NCBI GenBank assembly: GCA_018399915.1
Contig: JAGYNW010000001.1
Coordinates: 1 to 28,039, forward strand
Length of the DNA stretch: 28,039 nt
Reading direction: 5' to 3'
Source of the DNA: Candidatus Omnitrophota bacterium
Lineage (GTDB): Bacteria > Omnitrophota > Gorgyraeia > Zapsychrales > Zapsychraceae
Below, piece by piece: positions 17,025 to 26,307 of the stretch (positions are counted from its first letter, which is position 1; each line of letters opens with the position of its first letter). Made by a program: the position numbers and the translations under genes. The notes under the pieces are model-generated. The model saw only the letters and a list, made by a program, of their open reading frames with translations, searched no databases and had not been told where the DNA came from.

Positions 17025-18527
17025 TTAACTCTTGATCCAGGCCACAATCATGTACCATCGGGCATTGCTTCCGATCATGCCAGGCGGCATATTGTTCACT
17101 GTCTCCGGGACCTGAAAAATCGCCGGGACATTGGTGCCCATATCAAAATAATTAGAAACAATGGTTCCCACCAGATCTGTCTGCTTGGAAACCGCCATGG
17201 TGTTTTCGGCGTAAAAAACCCCCATCACATCCAGCCCTGCCGCGTCAATATTAATATTATTCGGCGTCATGATTCCGATAATATTATTCGGGAAAGACGC
17301 TGCCCCGCTGGTCACCAGGCTGGTCTGAATATTGACATCCCCGGTCACAAGCAAGGAGCCTGTACCGGAATAGGTGATCACATTATTACTGGTATGTTTG
17401 GTCATCAAAATATCATTGCCTTCATCCACGTATACAATTCCGGAAACCGACAAATTGCCCGCACCATCCATACTGATACTGCCGTTGGCATCGGCATAGG
17501 AAAAGGAACTATTCGGTTTGATATTGGTTAATTCACTGGTCAAAACCAGGGCATTCGCCTTTAAATAGTCCTGATAAGTCGCGTAGGTGGCATAAGGGTC
17601 TGACAAACTGGGAAAATCTACGGCATCACCCAGATCATAGGCGCTGGCAGTTCCGTTATCAGAATGCACACTTATGGCGCCCTGATTGCCGCCCCATCCA
17701 TCTGTCACAAACACACCATCCACGGTCTCCTTGTACGCATTACCGGCGATATCGGCTTCACCCACCGTGGAAGACCCACTCAACCCCACTGTTCCCCGTT
17801 TCACGCGCAACTCAGCGCTCAAGGTCTCAACGGTCTCACCATTGTAACTGATCGTGGGTAATGCCGGGACCAATGCCTGTAATGCCGCGGGCATGGTACT
17901 GTAATTATTGCCCACCAACTCGGCGGTCCCTCCCAAATCCACAGCAAAATCCCCGGGGTTCAGGCTGCTGCCCAGGATGTGGACAGATCCGCGGATATCC
18001 ACATTCCCGTTGACCATAGTGCCGGATGCACCACTGCCGGCAAAAATCGCATTGTTCCAGGGAGAAATATCAATCATGCGCACATAGGCATCAATCGTGT
18101 GCTCAATATCATCGATAGTCCCCACCGAACGGATCCAGACATCATCCCGGCCGGCCACATTCTTTAAAAAAACCGTAAAACTCCCGCCATTGATGGCGGT
18201 AGCATTGTGCGGCAAGGCGTAATAATTGACTGTGTCCGGTCCCACCGCCATTCCGTTAATATCACCGTCAGCCCAACTCGGGGTTCCGACCGCGTCAACA
18301 AAATCCTTGCGCAGGTCATAAAGCCCCTGTTCCAATCCGGCCTCGGCGATATTAAAAGCCACCGTAGCCCGCCGTTGCCTTTCGGAAACCTTGCCCTCAT
18401 TAACGGCCAAAACCGACAAGGCCGCCCCCAATCCGATCAGAATAACGATCACAAAATACGAAATGATCAACATGCTGCCCCGTTCGTTGGCCAAAAGTCT
18501 GTTTTGTAAAAACATTTTTTGTTTCAT
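17025..18527 (-). CDS. PilX-like minor pilin with a large C-terminal beta-rich domain
   Basis: NERG|SMLIISYFVIVILIGLG class III-type signal lacking E5 (PilX hallmark), AFNIAEAGLEQG PilX_N motif, long Gly/Asn/Ser/Thr-rich C-terminus. Confidence 0.85.
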   Translation of the reverse strand: MKQKMFLQNRLLANERGSMLIISYFVIVILIGLGAALSVLAVNEGKVSERQRRATVAFNIAEAGLEQGLYDLRKDFVDAVGTPSWADGDINGMAVGPDTVNYYALPHNATAINGGSFTVFLKNVAGRDDVWIRSVGTIDDIEHTIDAYVRMIDISPWNNAIFAGSGASGTMVNGNVDIRGSVHILGSSLNPGDFAVDLGGTAELVGNNYSTMPAALQALVPALPTISYNGETVETLSAELRVKRGTVGLSGSSTVGEADIAGNAYKETVDGVFVTDGWGGNQGAISVHSDNGTASAYDLGDAVDFPSLSDPYATYATYQDYLKANALVLTSELTNIKPNSSFSYADANGSISMDGAGNLSVSGIVYVDEGNDILMTKHTSNNVITYSGTGSLLVTGDVNIQTSLVTSGAASFPNNIIGIMTPNNINIDAAGLDVMGVFYAENTMAVSKQTDLVGTIVSNYFDMGTNVPAIFQVPETVNNMPPGMIGSNARWYMIVAWIKS

Positions 18528-18528
18528 G

Positions 18529-19083
18529 TCAGTTCCTCAATTCTATTTGAAAATCCAGATCCATATTCAAGACCTCGTCGGTCAACCCAACAGTGTCTTG
18601 CGCGCGCAAAGCCACCTCCAGGATGTCGGCTTGTGTCGATAAACGCCGGAATTGCATTGATTGCATATTTTGGCTCAGGATCTGCGTTGTCCCCCCGCGG
18701 ATTTTATGTAACTGTTTTCCGTCTGTTCCCCCTAAGGTATATTGAATGGAATTCGCATCCCAGGTGATGATCCCGCCGGTAACCGTGGAAGGCACCTGAA
18801 ACGTTATGGTCGAATACCAGGTATCATCTGCCGGCACATCGGCGATAGAAGCATTTCCTGCCTGCCGCAGATCATTGATCATCATCTCCATGGATTTGCG
18901 CAATTCCTGACGCAATCCGATCCTGACCTCATTGGTCGTCCAAGACCTTTGCCCCACCACGATCACTGCCAAAAGCGCGGATGAAAGAATGGAAAAAATA
19001 AAAACCGAGACCAAAAGCTCGGATAAAGACATCCCCTTGCGATTTTTTAAAAAACGTCTTTTATGGATATCGCTTTTTTTCAT
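18529..19083 (-). CDS. PilW-like prepilin (type IV pilin N-terminal methylation site)
   Basis: NRKG|MSLSELLVSVFIFSILSSALL with E5, followed by ...LRKSMEMMINDLRQAG. Confidence 0.85.
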   Translation of the reverse strand: MKKSDIHKRRFLKNRKGMSLSELLVSVFIFSILSSALLAVIVVGQRSWTTNEVRIGLRQELRKSMEMMINDLRQAGNASIADVPADDTWYSTITFQVPSTVTGGIITWDANSIQYTLGGTDGKQLHKIRGGTTQILSQNMQSMQFRRLSTQADILEVALRAQDTVGLTDEVLNMDLDFQIELRN

Positions 19084-19087
19084 AACC

Positions 19088-19549
19088 TCAGCGCCTCGTA
19101 TAATAAGTAACTAACCGGACCGGAGAATCGATCTTGCCGTTGGCATTGACATCTTCACCTGTGTCCAGTACACCATTCAAGTTCAAATCTTCCCCGATAA
19201 CCCTGTCATATTTGTCTTTCCAGCAGATAACGACTTCAATCTCTAATAACTCCGGGTTACTGGAATCAAGATGAATGACACCCTTACCCGCTAATAAGGA
19301 GGGCGTAAAGGTGTTGCCCGGTGTCCCCCCGCTGGCATAAAGCGTCGGGATATTGACAAACCCGGCTGACCGGATCTCTTCAATCTTGGATTGCGCCTCT
19401 GATACCGCCGCGGTCTTGTTACCCGCCATTTCAGACAAGGCATTGGTATGTATAAACAATTGCAGAATACTAGTTACGGATACCGCCAGAATACCCAAAA
19501 GCACAACCAATTCCGCTAACATAAAACCCTTGTCATTCTGTTTCATCAT
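19088..19549 (-). CDS. PilV-like prepilin with a C-terminal tandem Ca-binding-like repeat
   Basis: NDKG|FMLAELVVLLGILAV with E5, AVSEAQSKIEEIR, EIEVVICW. Start placed at ATG 19549 with AAAGGA 8 nt upstream; the ORF-track ATG at 19567 directly abuts the terminator U-tract. Confidence 0.85.
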   Translation of the reverse strand: MMKQNDKGFMLAELVVLLGILAVSVTSILQLFIHTNALSEMAGNKTAAVSEAQSKIEEIRSAGFVNIPTLYASGGTPGNTFTPSLLAGKGVIHLDSSNPELLEIEVVICWKDKYDRVIGEDLNLNGVLDTGEDVNANGKIDSPVRLVTYYTRR

Positions 19550-19567
19550 GGAAATGTTCCTTTGCAT

Positions 19568-19601
19568 AAAAAAAACCTATCCATTCATTTAATGGATAGG
19601 T
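19568..19601 (-). terminator. Intrinsic terminator in the pilin operon leader (riboswitch expression platform)
   Basis: Minus strand ACCTATCCATT-AAATG-AATGGATAGGT with the T run continuing to 8 T in total, ending about 18 nt before the PilV-like start codon. Confidence 0.88.
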
Positions 19602-19614
19602 ACACGAAGCCTCC

Positions 19615-19716
19615 GATTTTTCTTCGGCAGCTGGCAACCCCGCTGATCGATAAGTGCAGGGCCCTGTAGCTTTGCGTCCCATCCTTACGAATGGTTTGCC
19701 TTTGATCGAAAAAATC
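19615..19716 (-). ncRNA. c-di-GMP-I (GEMM) riboswitch aptamer
   Basis: Minus strand GATTTTTTCG-ATCAAA-GGCAAACCATTC-GTAA-GGATGG-GACGCAAAGCTACAGGG-CCCTGC...GCGGGG-TTGCCAGCTGCCGAAGAAAAATC. It has the GGCAAACC and GGGACGCAAAG conserved blocks, a GNRA-capped P2, P3 and a UUCG/CGAA P1. Closely resembles the Vc2 aptamer core. Confidence 0.95.
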
Positions 19717-19740
19717 CCAAAACAATTTTTCTCTACTAAA

Positions 19741-19770
19741 AGTATAAAACATTTTTACCAAGGATTGCAA
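19741..19770 (-). promoter_or_regulatory. sigma70-type promoter upstream of the riboswitch / pilin operon
   Basis: Minus strand TTGCAA-N18-TATACT, about 25 nt upstream of the aptamer P1. Confidence 0.65.
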
Positions 19771-19843
19771 TGTTACAAAAAAATGCGGAAAATTCCCGGG
19801 AACCAGGCTCACGCATTGAATGGGATAAAAATGCGCGCTTCGG

Positions 19844-20536
19844 TTAAGGACGCACAATCGATTCGATCTCACAGCGGTCATCATATATCTTCTCCTCGGT
19901 CAACTCACCCTTCACATTATAACTACGCTTGTAACCGCCATCAAGCTCATTGGTCAAAGCCCATTCGTACATGAGTGTGCCGTCACGGTAATACGTTTTC
20001 CCCCATCCGGCCTCAGGGTCGTCGCAAAGCAAAAGGGCATCAAAAACATTTTCTTCCATGCGCAAGGTGCCGTCATAATAGTAATCACGCACCGAAATGC
20101 GTTTGCCCTGATAATAATCCGCCTCACGCGCCACCTGCCCATTATCATAATATTCTACATACGGACCGTGCCGTTTTCCATTGCTGTAATGTTCGTAACC
20201 ATAAGTACCTTTGGATTTTCTTTCAAATTTTACCTCTCCGTCCGGGATCACACCCTCGATGTCAAAGATCTTTTCCCTGATATTCTTGAACCGGGCCACC
20301 TCCTGACCATCAATTAAAAAAATATTTTGCTCAAACTTACGGTTAGGTTCCCAACGCACCTTGCGGACCACATCATCATAACGCGTTTTTTTCCTGATAA
20401 CCGGTTTGGGCACAGGTGTCCTGACAACCCGGGGCGGGGTCTCTTTCTGAACATCCGCTATCTGCCGGTTAATGATGCCGTTAATCACGATAAAGATAAC
20501 AAACAAAACACCAAAAACAATAAGGGTTTTTTTCAT
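19844..20536 (-). CDS. Membrane-anchored MORN-repeat (YwqK-like) protein
   Basis: N-terminal hydrophobic helix, then repeats YSNGKRHGPYVEYYDNGQV, YYYDGTLR, YYRDGTLM, YNVKGEL. Strong GGAGG RBS. Confidence 0.8.
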   Translation of the reverse strand: MKKTLIVFGVLFVIFIVINGIINRQIADVQKETPPRVVRTPVPKPVIRKKTRYDDVVRKVRWEPNRKFEQNIFLIDGQEVARFKNIREKIFDIEGVIPDGEVKFERKSKGTYGYEHYSNGKRHGPYVEYYDNGQVAREADYYQGKRISVRDYYYDGTLRMEENVFDALLLCDDPEAGWGKTYYRDGTLMYEWALTNELDGGYKRSYNVKGELTEEKIYDDRCEIESIVRP

Positions 20537-20756
20537 CCGCCTCCCCCTCCATTAATAATTTTCTCAATTATATCGGAAACACGCGCTGACCGTAAAGATT
20601 TATTCAAATTAATTCTCCCTTGAATTTATCCGTTTTGATCACGAAAAACACTGCGCTGAGGAAAAAACCATTTTTTATCTGAAATTCGCTATTGATAATG
20701 ATATACTTAGTTTTAGAAAATTTCTGAATCATAAAGATACTTACGACAGAAGAGCT

Positions 20757-23201
20757 ATGCCATCAAAAAATTTTAAATGTTTATTGATCGCGGATTACAA
20801 TTCAGACGTTCTACTCATCCGCTCCACCCTGGGTATTGAAGAAATTGCCCTGGAATGGATGTCAGAAATCCCCCAAACGGTCACCCCTGAAGCCTTGCAA
20901 ACCAAATTTGACATCATCCTCTTAGACCTTGATTTCTGGAAATCTGATTTTATTATGAAATTCAACAAACTGGCTGAACAGACCGAAGGCATCCCTATCA
21001 TTGTCCTGAACAGTCTGGAAAAAGAAGCCATTGCTTTGTCCCTGAACAAATTCGGGGCGTGGGATACCATGACCAAACCGCAAATAACCAAAAAAACCTT
21101 ACTGCAATCCATCAGACACGCGGTTACCTATCGAAAATGCCGGGAAGAACTCCAAAACTCTGAACTGCGTTTTAAAAGCCTTTCCCAGTTCTCGTTTAAC
21201 TGGGAATACTGGCAAGACCCGGACGGCTCCATGCGTTACGTTTCCCCGGCCTGCGAAGAGATCACGGGTTACACAGCCGAAGAGTTTATTCAACAACCCT
21301 CTCTCCATAAAATGATCATTGCCATTGAAGACAAAAAGATATTTTCTGACCATATTAAAAGACGGGAACACACCAAAGGTTTTTTAAAAGTCCGCTTTCG
21401 CATACGCAAAAAGGACGGTTCTTACTGCCTGATCGAACACCGCTGTCAGGAGATCCTTGATCCGGACGGCAGATATCTCGGCCTGCGTGTTTCCTGCCGC
21501 GACTTATCCGAACTTCGAATCAAAGAGCAGTTACGCAACCTGTCAACGGCTGTAGAACAAAGCCCGGCATCCATCATTATTACAAATATTGAAGGCACTA
21601 TCGAATATGTCAACAACTGGTTTATCGAAACGACGGGATACTCACGCGATGATGTTTACGAACAGAATGTCAGCATTTTAAAATCCGGTAAAACACCCAA
21701 AGACCTTTACAAAGACCTGTGGGCAACCATTACCGCCGGAAAAAAATGGATGGGCGAGATCTATAACAAAAAAAAAGACGGAGAATTTTTCTGGGAATAC
21801 TGCTCCATTTCTCCCATCATTGATGACGAAAATAATATCACGCATTTTTTGGCGGTCAAACAGGATATCACAGCTCAAAAGGAAGAAGAGAAGCAACTTA
21901 TCCATCAAGCCAACTACGACACGCTCACGGATCTGCCTAATCGGTCCCTCGCCTTAGACCGCATTGATCAAGCGATCTCCATGGCCAAACGAAAAAATAC
22001 GATCGTGGGAGTCATGTTCGTTGACCTTGATCAGTTCAAGATCGTTAATGATACTCTGGGGCATGAAATGGGTGATAAACTTCTGGTGGAAGCCGCCCAA
22101 CGGCTCAAAGAATGCTGCCGTGAAAGCGATACCGTCGCCCGTTTCGGCGGGGATGAATTCCTGGTTGTCATGCCGGGACTGGAAAGCCTGGACGATACCT
22201 CAATACTCGCCCGGAGGATCCTGGAATCTTTTCAAATCCCTTTTCAACTGGGAAACCAGCAGGCATTTGTGGGTTTAAGTATCGGCATTACCGGTTATCC
22301 TCTTGATGGCAATGACGCGCAGATCCTTTTAAGGAATGCGGACACCGCTATGTATCACGCCAAAGAGGCCTCCCGCAACACCTATCGTTTTTACACCACT
22401 GAAATGAACTCCAAGGCGGTCGAACGTATGAATATGGAGGGCTATTTACGCGCGGCTTTAAAAAACAAAGAATTCCTGATCTATTATCAGCCGATCATGA
22501 ACATGCGCAAGGTCATTGTTGGACTGGAATGCCTGTTGCGTTGGAATAGCCCAGAATTAGGCATGGTCTCCCCTATGAATTTTATTCCCCTGGCGGAAGA
22601 AACCGGGATCATCAATTCAATCGGAGAATGGATGCTTCATGAAGCCTGCTCCCAGGTCAAATTATGGATGGATAAAGTCAAAAAACCATTGCGCCTGGCT
22701 ATCAATGTGTCCTCCCGTCAGTTCCGTGAAGGCACCCTGCTCAATACCATTGATGAGGCCTTAAAAGAAAGTGATTTTCCGTCTCATTTGCTGGAACTGG
22801 AAATTACCGAACGCATGCTGCTTCAGGATGTTCCCCAAACAACCTTGATGCTCACTGATCTGCATAACCGGGGGGTACGCCTCGCCATCGATGATTTCGG
22901 GACCGGATATTCTTCCTTAAGCTATTTAAAGAAATATCCCTTTACCACCCTCAAAATCGACAAGGCCTTCATAAGCGAAGTAACTGTTAATGATGATAGC
23001 TCAACCATCACCAAGACCATTATCTCTATGGGGCACAGCTTAGGACTAGAAGTCGTGGGAGAAGGCGTGGAAACAGCTGAACAACTCACTTATCTAAAGA
23101 ATAATCACTGCGACCTGGTGCAGGGGTTTTACTTCAGCAAACCCCTGCCGGCCGACAAATTTTTAAACCTTTTGGGCGAATACTATCCTGTAGTCAACTA
23201 A
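20757..23201 (+). CDS. REC-PAS-PAS-GGDEF-EAL diguanylate cyclase/phosphodiesterase
   Basis: REC-like N-terminus (ILLDLDF..IPIIVL..TKP), two PAS/PAC domains (YVSPACEEITGY; YVNNWF..TGY..W.GE), I-site RESD, RFGGDEF, ECLLRW (EAL variant), IDDFGTGYSSLSYL, EGVET, QGFYFSKP. Confidence 0.95.
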   Translation: MPSKNFKCLLIADYNSDVLLIRSTLGIEEIALEWMSEIPQTVTPEALQTKFDIILLDLDFWKSDFIMKFNKLAEQTEGIPIIVLNSLEKEAIALSLNKFGAWDTMTKPQITKKTLLQSIRHAVTYRKCREELQNSELRFKSLSQFSFNWEYWQDPDGSMRYVSPACEEITGYTAEEFIQQPSLHKMIIAIEDKKIFSDHIKRREHTKGFLKVRFRIRKKDGSYCLIEHRCQEILDPDGRYLGLRVSCRDLSELRIKEQLRNLSTAVEQSPASIIITNIEGTIEYVNNWFIETTGYSRDDVYEQNVSILKSGKTPKDLYKDLWATITAGKKWMGEIYNKKKDGEFFWEYCSISPIIDDENNITHFLAVKQDITAQKEEEKQLIHQANYDTLTDLPNRSLALDRIDQAISMAKRKNTIVGVMFVDLDQFKIVNDTLGHEMGDKLLVEAAQRLKECCRESDTVARFGGDEFLVVMPGLESLDDTSILARRILESFQIPFQLGNQQAFVGLSIGITGYPLDGNDAQILLRNADTAMYHAKEASRNTYRFYTTEMNSKAVERMNMEGYLRAALKNKEFLIYYQPIMNMRKVIVGLECLLRWNSPELGMVSPMNFIPLAEETGIINSIGEWMLHEACSQVKLWMDKVKKPLRLAINVSSRQFREGTLLNTIDEALKESDFPSHLLELEITERMLLQDVPQTTLMLTDLHNRGVRLAIDDFGTGYSSLSYLKKYPFTTLKIDKAFISEVTVNDDSSTITKTIISMGHSLGLEVVGEGVETAEQLTYLKNNHCDLVQGFYFSKPLPADKFLNLLGEYYPVVN

Positions 23202-23211
23202 ACTAACCGCT

Positions 23212-25788
23212 TTATTTTTCCGTAAAAACAAACTCCCCGTCTTTCAAACCAACGACGACATGATGTTTTTCCCGGATCTCTCCCGTAAGTAATTTTAAAG
23301 CGATCTTATCCTGAATATTTTTCTGGACCACGCGTTTTAACGGACGCGCACCATACACCGGATCATATCCCAATTCCGCCAGATGATCTTTGGCCTCGGT
23401 AGATAATTCCAATGTGATCTGTTTTTGGGCCAAACGTTTCTTCAGAATGGTCAATTGGATATCCGCGATATTTTTAATATATTGCCTGGATAGCCGATTA
23501 AAGACAATGGTCTCATCCAACCGATTGAGGAACTCCGGACGGAATGTATTTTGCATCACATCTTTGATCTTTTCTTCTATTTGCTGTTTGTCATCGATGT
23601 TGAGAATAAACTCGGAACCGATATTGGAAGTCATGATGATAATGGCATTTTTAAAATTCACCACCCTCCCCTGGCCATCGGTGAGACGGCCGTCATCCAA
23701 TATCTGCAATAGCGCGTTAAACACATCCCGGTGCGCCTTTTCAACCTCATCAAAGAGAATAACTGAATAGGGCCTGCGGCGCACAGCCTCAGTCAACTGA
23801 CCGCCTTCATCGTACCCCACATAACCGGGAGGCGCTCCGATCAAACGGGAAACACTGTGCGATTCCATGTACTCACTCATATCGATCCGGATCATGGCAG
23901 TCTCATCATCAAACAGGTACCATGCCAGTGATTTGGCTAACTCAGTCTTTCCAACACCGGTGGGTCCCACAAACATAAAAGACCCGATCGGCCTGTCCGG
24001 GTCACTTAACCCGGTGCGGGATCTGCGTATCGCGTTGGCGATCAGATCAATCGCCTTATCTTGCCCAACAACTCGCTGTTTCAAACTTTCCTCGATATGT
24101 ACCAATTTCTGGGTCTCCCCCTCCATCAACTTGGATAAAGGTATTTTGGTCCATTTAGAAACAACCTCGGCGATATCCTGATCATCAACCTCCTCTTTCA
24201 GCATGGAGCCGTTTTTCTGGATGCGAACAAGTTCCTGATTCTGAGCGGTAAGTTCTTTTTCCAGTTTTACCAGAGTGCCATATTTGATCTCGGCGGCTTT
24301 ATTGAGATCCCCTTCTTTTTCAGCTTTCTTTTCTTCTTGCTTATACTGCTCAATATCCGCCTTGATCTTGCGGATCTTATCGATAAGTTCCTTTTCATTC
24401 TGCCACTTAAGACGCATTTTTTTATTCTCTTCACGGAAATCCGCGAGCTCTTTTTCCAGTTTTTGTAAGCGTGCCTTGGAGGCCTCATCCTTTTCTTTCT
24501 TCAAGGCCTGCTTCTCAATTTCCAATTGCCTGATCTTGCGTTCACTGATATCTAATTCCTGAGGCATACTGTCGATCTCGATCCGCAGACGTGAAGCCGC
24601 TTCATCGATAAGATCGATCGCCTTATCCGGCAAAAAACGTTCAGTAATGTAGCGGTCCGACAAAGTCGCGGCCGCGATGATCGCACCGTCTTGAATGCGC
24701 ACGCCATGATGGACCTCATATTTTTCCTTGAGACCGCGCAGGATCGCGATCGTATCCTCGATATCCGGCTCGTCGATAAGGATCTGCTGGAACCGTCTTT
24801 CCAAGGCCGCATCTTTTTCAATATATTTACGATACTCATCCAAAGTCGTTGCACCGATACACCGCAAAGTTCCCCTGGCCAAGGCCGGCTTGAGCATATT
24901 GCCTGCGTCCATGGAGCCTTCGGTCTTACCCGCGCCGACGATCGTATGTAACTCATCAATAAAAAGGATAATCTGGCCTTGCTTGCTTTCGATCTCCTTT
25001 AAGACCGCCTTAAGGCGATCCTCGAATTCTCCCCGGAACTTGGAACCGGCGATCAATGCCCCCATATCAAGGGCAACCACACGTTTGCGCTTAAGACCTT
25101 CCGGCACATCTTCCTGATAGATCCGCTGCGCTAATCCTTCAGCGATAGCGGTCTTTCCGACACCGGGTTCCCCTATAAGCACCGGATTATTTTTGGTACG
25201 CCGGGAAAGGACCTGAATGGTCCGCCTGATCTCTTCATTGCGGCCGATAACCGGATCCAGCTTCCCTTCCTGAGCCAAGGCGGTCAGATCACGGGCGTAT
25301 TTATCCAGAGCTTCATATTTTTCTTCCGGATTCTGATTATCCACTTTTTGCCCACCTCTCATCTGTTTGATAACATTAAGAATATCGGACTCCCTTACAC
25401 CATTTTTCTTGAGTTCCTGCGCCAGGACACCTTGTCCCTCATGGAAAAAAGCCAGGAAAATGTGTTCTTGAGAAACATAAGAATCTTTCATCTGATCGGC
25501 ACGTTTCTGTGCGTCAGTCAATATCTTATTTAAATCCTGTGATAAAAACGGCTGTTGCCCACCTTCAACCGTTGGTTTTTTTTCTAATTCTGCTTCCAGC
25601 TTTCTTAGAATCTCTTGTGATGGTATATTGAATTTCTCCAAAAGAGAAACAAAGATCCCGGCATCCAGCTTGATAAGCGAAAAACACAAATGTTCCGGTT
25701 CTATCTGCTGATGTCCCAACTCAACAGCCAAGGCTACTGCGCGTTGAATCGCCTCCTGATTTTTTTGGGTAAATTTTTCAAATTGCAT
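23212..25788 (-). CDS. clpB: ATP-dependent chaperone ClpB
   Basis: Clp N-domain, [21 protein letters not shown], coiled-coil M domain, [32 protein letters not shown]. 858 aa. Confidence 0.98.
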   Translation of the reverse strand: MQFEKFTQKNQEAIQRAVALAVELGHQQIEPEHLCFSLIKLDAGIFVSLLEKFNIPSQEILRKLEAELEKKPTVEGGQQPFLSQDLNKILTDAQKRADQMKDSYVSQEHIFLAFFHEGQGVLAQELKKNGVRESDILNVIKQMRGGQKVDNQNPEEKYEALDKYARDLTALAQEGKLDPVIGRNEEIRRTIQVLSRRTKNNPVLIGEPGVGKTAIAEGLAQRIYQEDVPEGLKRKRVVALDMGALIAGSKFRGEFEDRLKAVLKEIESKQGQIILFIDELHTIVGAGKTEGSMDAGNMLKPALARGTLRCIGATTLDEYRKYIEKDAALERRFQQILIDEPDIEDTIAILRGLKEKYEVHHGVRIQDGAIIAAATLSDRYITERFLPDKAIDLIDEAASRLRIEIDSMPQELDISERKIRQLEIEKQALKKEKDEASKARLQKLEKELADFREENKKMRLKWQNEKELIDKIRKIKADIEQYKQEEKKAEKEGDLNKAAEIKYGTLVKLEKELTAQNQELVRIQKNGSMLKEEVDDQDIAEVVSKWTKIPLSKLMEGETQKLVHIEESLKQRVVGQDKAIDLIANAIRRSRTGLSDPDRPIGSFMFVGPTGVGKTELAKSLAWYLFDDETAMIRIDMSEYMESHSVSRLIGAPPGYVGYDEGGQLTEAVRRRPYSVILFDEVEKAHRDVFNALLQILDDGRLTDGQGRVVNFKNAIIIMTSNIGSEFILNIDDKQQIEEKIKDVMQNTFRPEFLNRLDETIVFNRLSRQYIKNIADIQLTILKKRLAQKQITLELSTEAKDHLAELGYDPVYGARPLKRVVQKNIQDKIALKLLTGEIREKHHVVVGLKDGEFVFTEK

Positions 25789-25815
25789 GATTATGTGTTA
25801 TATCCATTTTTGCAA

Positions 25816-25849
25816 AGGACGGATCACGATATTTATCAGGATCCGTCCT
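25816..25849. other. Stable stem-loop between hsp20 and clpB
   Basis: AGGACGGATC-N14-GATCCGTCCT perfect 10-bp arms. Only a short U run follows on the minus strand, so it may be a weak terminator or an mRNA stability element. Confidence 0.55.
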
Positions 25850-25876
25850 CATCGCAAATTTGAACTCTCCTTTTCT

Positions 25877-26254
25877 TTAAATTTGTATTTCGATCTTTTT
25901 AGGTTGCGCTTTTTCTGATTTTTTCAGGTAGATCTTCAGGATCCCGTTGACATACTCTGCCTTCAGATCATTCCTGTCAATATCCGCGCTCAACTCAAAA
26001 GACCGTTTATAAGTAACGGCATACCTTTCCTGGTGGACAAGCTCATAACCTTTATCCACCTTATCCTTTTCTTTGACGCCTGTCAATTGCAGGATATTGC
26101 CGTCAATGCTTACGTCAAGCGAACTTTTGTCAGCCCCGGGCATCTCCACTTCGAGAATGATATGTTCATCCTTTCCGTAAATGTTAGCAACCGGGATGAC
26201 CGTGATCGTCTCTTCGAGTTGTTTATTTTTATTGCCCTTAAACTTGTCTAACAT
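25877..26254 (-). CDS. Hsp20/alpha-crystallin small heat shock protein (short N-terminus)
   Basis: VANIY..EVEMPGADK..LQLTG..ERY..YKRSFEL..AEYVNGILKIYLKK..PKKIEI. Confidence 0.93.
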   Translation of the reverse strand: MLDKFKGNKNKQLEETITVIPVANIYGKDEHIILEVEMPGADKSSLDVSIDGNILQLTGVKEKDKVDKGYELVHQERYAVTYKRSFELSADIDRNDLKAEYVNGILKIYLKKSEKAQPKKIEIQI

Positions 26255-26307
26255 GATCTCACCTCCCCCTTTGGCTAAACAGGGCCGGCCTTTATCAGCC
26301 CCCCCTT

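Noticed and set aside
19550-19567. ORF-track start MQRNIS for the PilV-like gene
   Set aside because: That ATG directly follows the terminator U-tract with no SD; ATG 19549 has AAAGGA at suitable spacing.
19615-19716. 3',3'-cGAMP (GEMM-Ib) specificity for the riboswitch
   Set aside because: The position equivalent to Vc2 nucleotide 20 is G, not A, which predicts c-di-GMP.
19585-19884. 99-aa minus-strand ORF (and 19654-19974 plus-strand ORF) over the pilin leader
   Set aside because: They overlap the promoter, riboswitch and terminator and show no protein motif; the non-coding explanation is much stronger.
19844-20536. Toxin-antitoxin or defence system based on YwqK-like repeats
   Set aside because: No adjacent toxin gene; MORN repeats are generic.
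26255-26307. RNA thermometer (ROSE/fourU) before the second hsp20
   Set aside because: A hairpin can be drawn, but it does not clearly sequester the GGAGGTG SD and no U(U/C)GCU or fourU pairing was evident.
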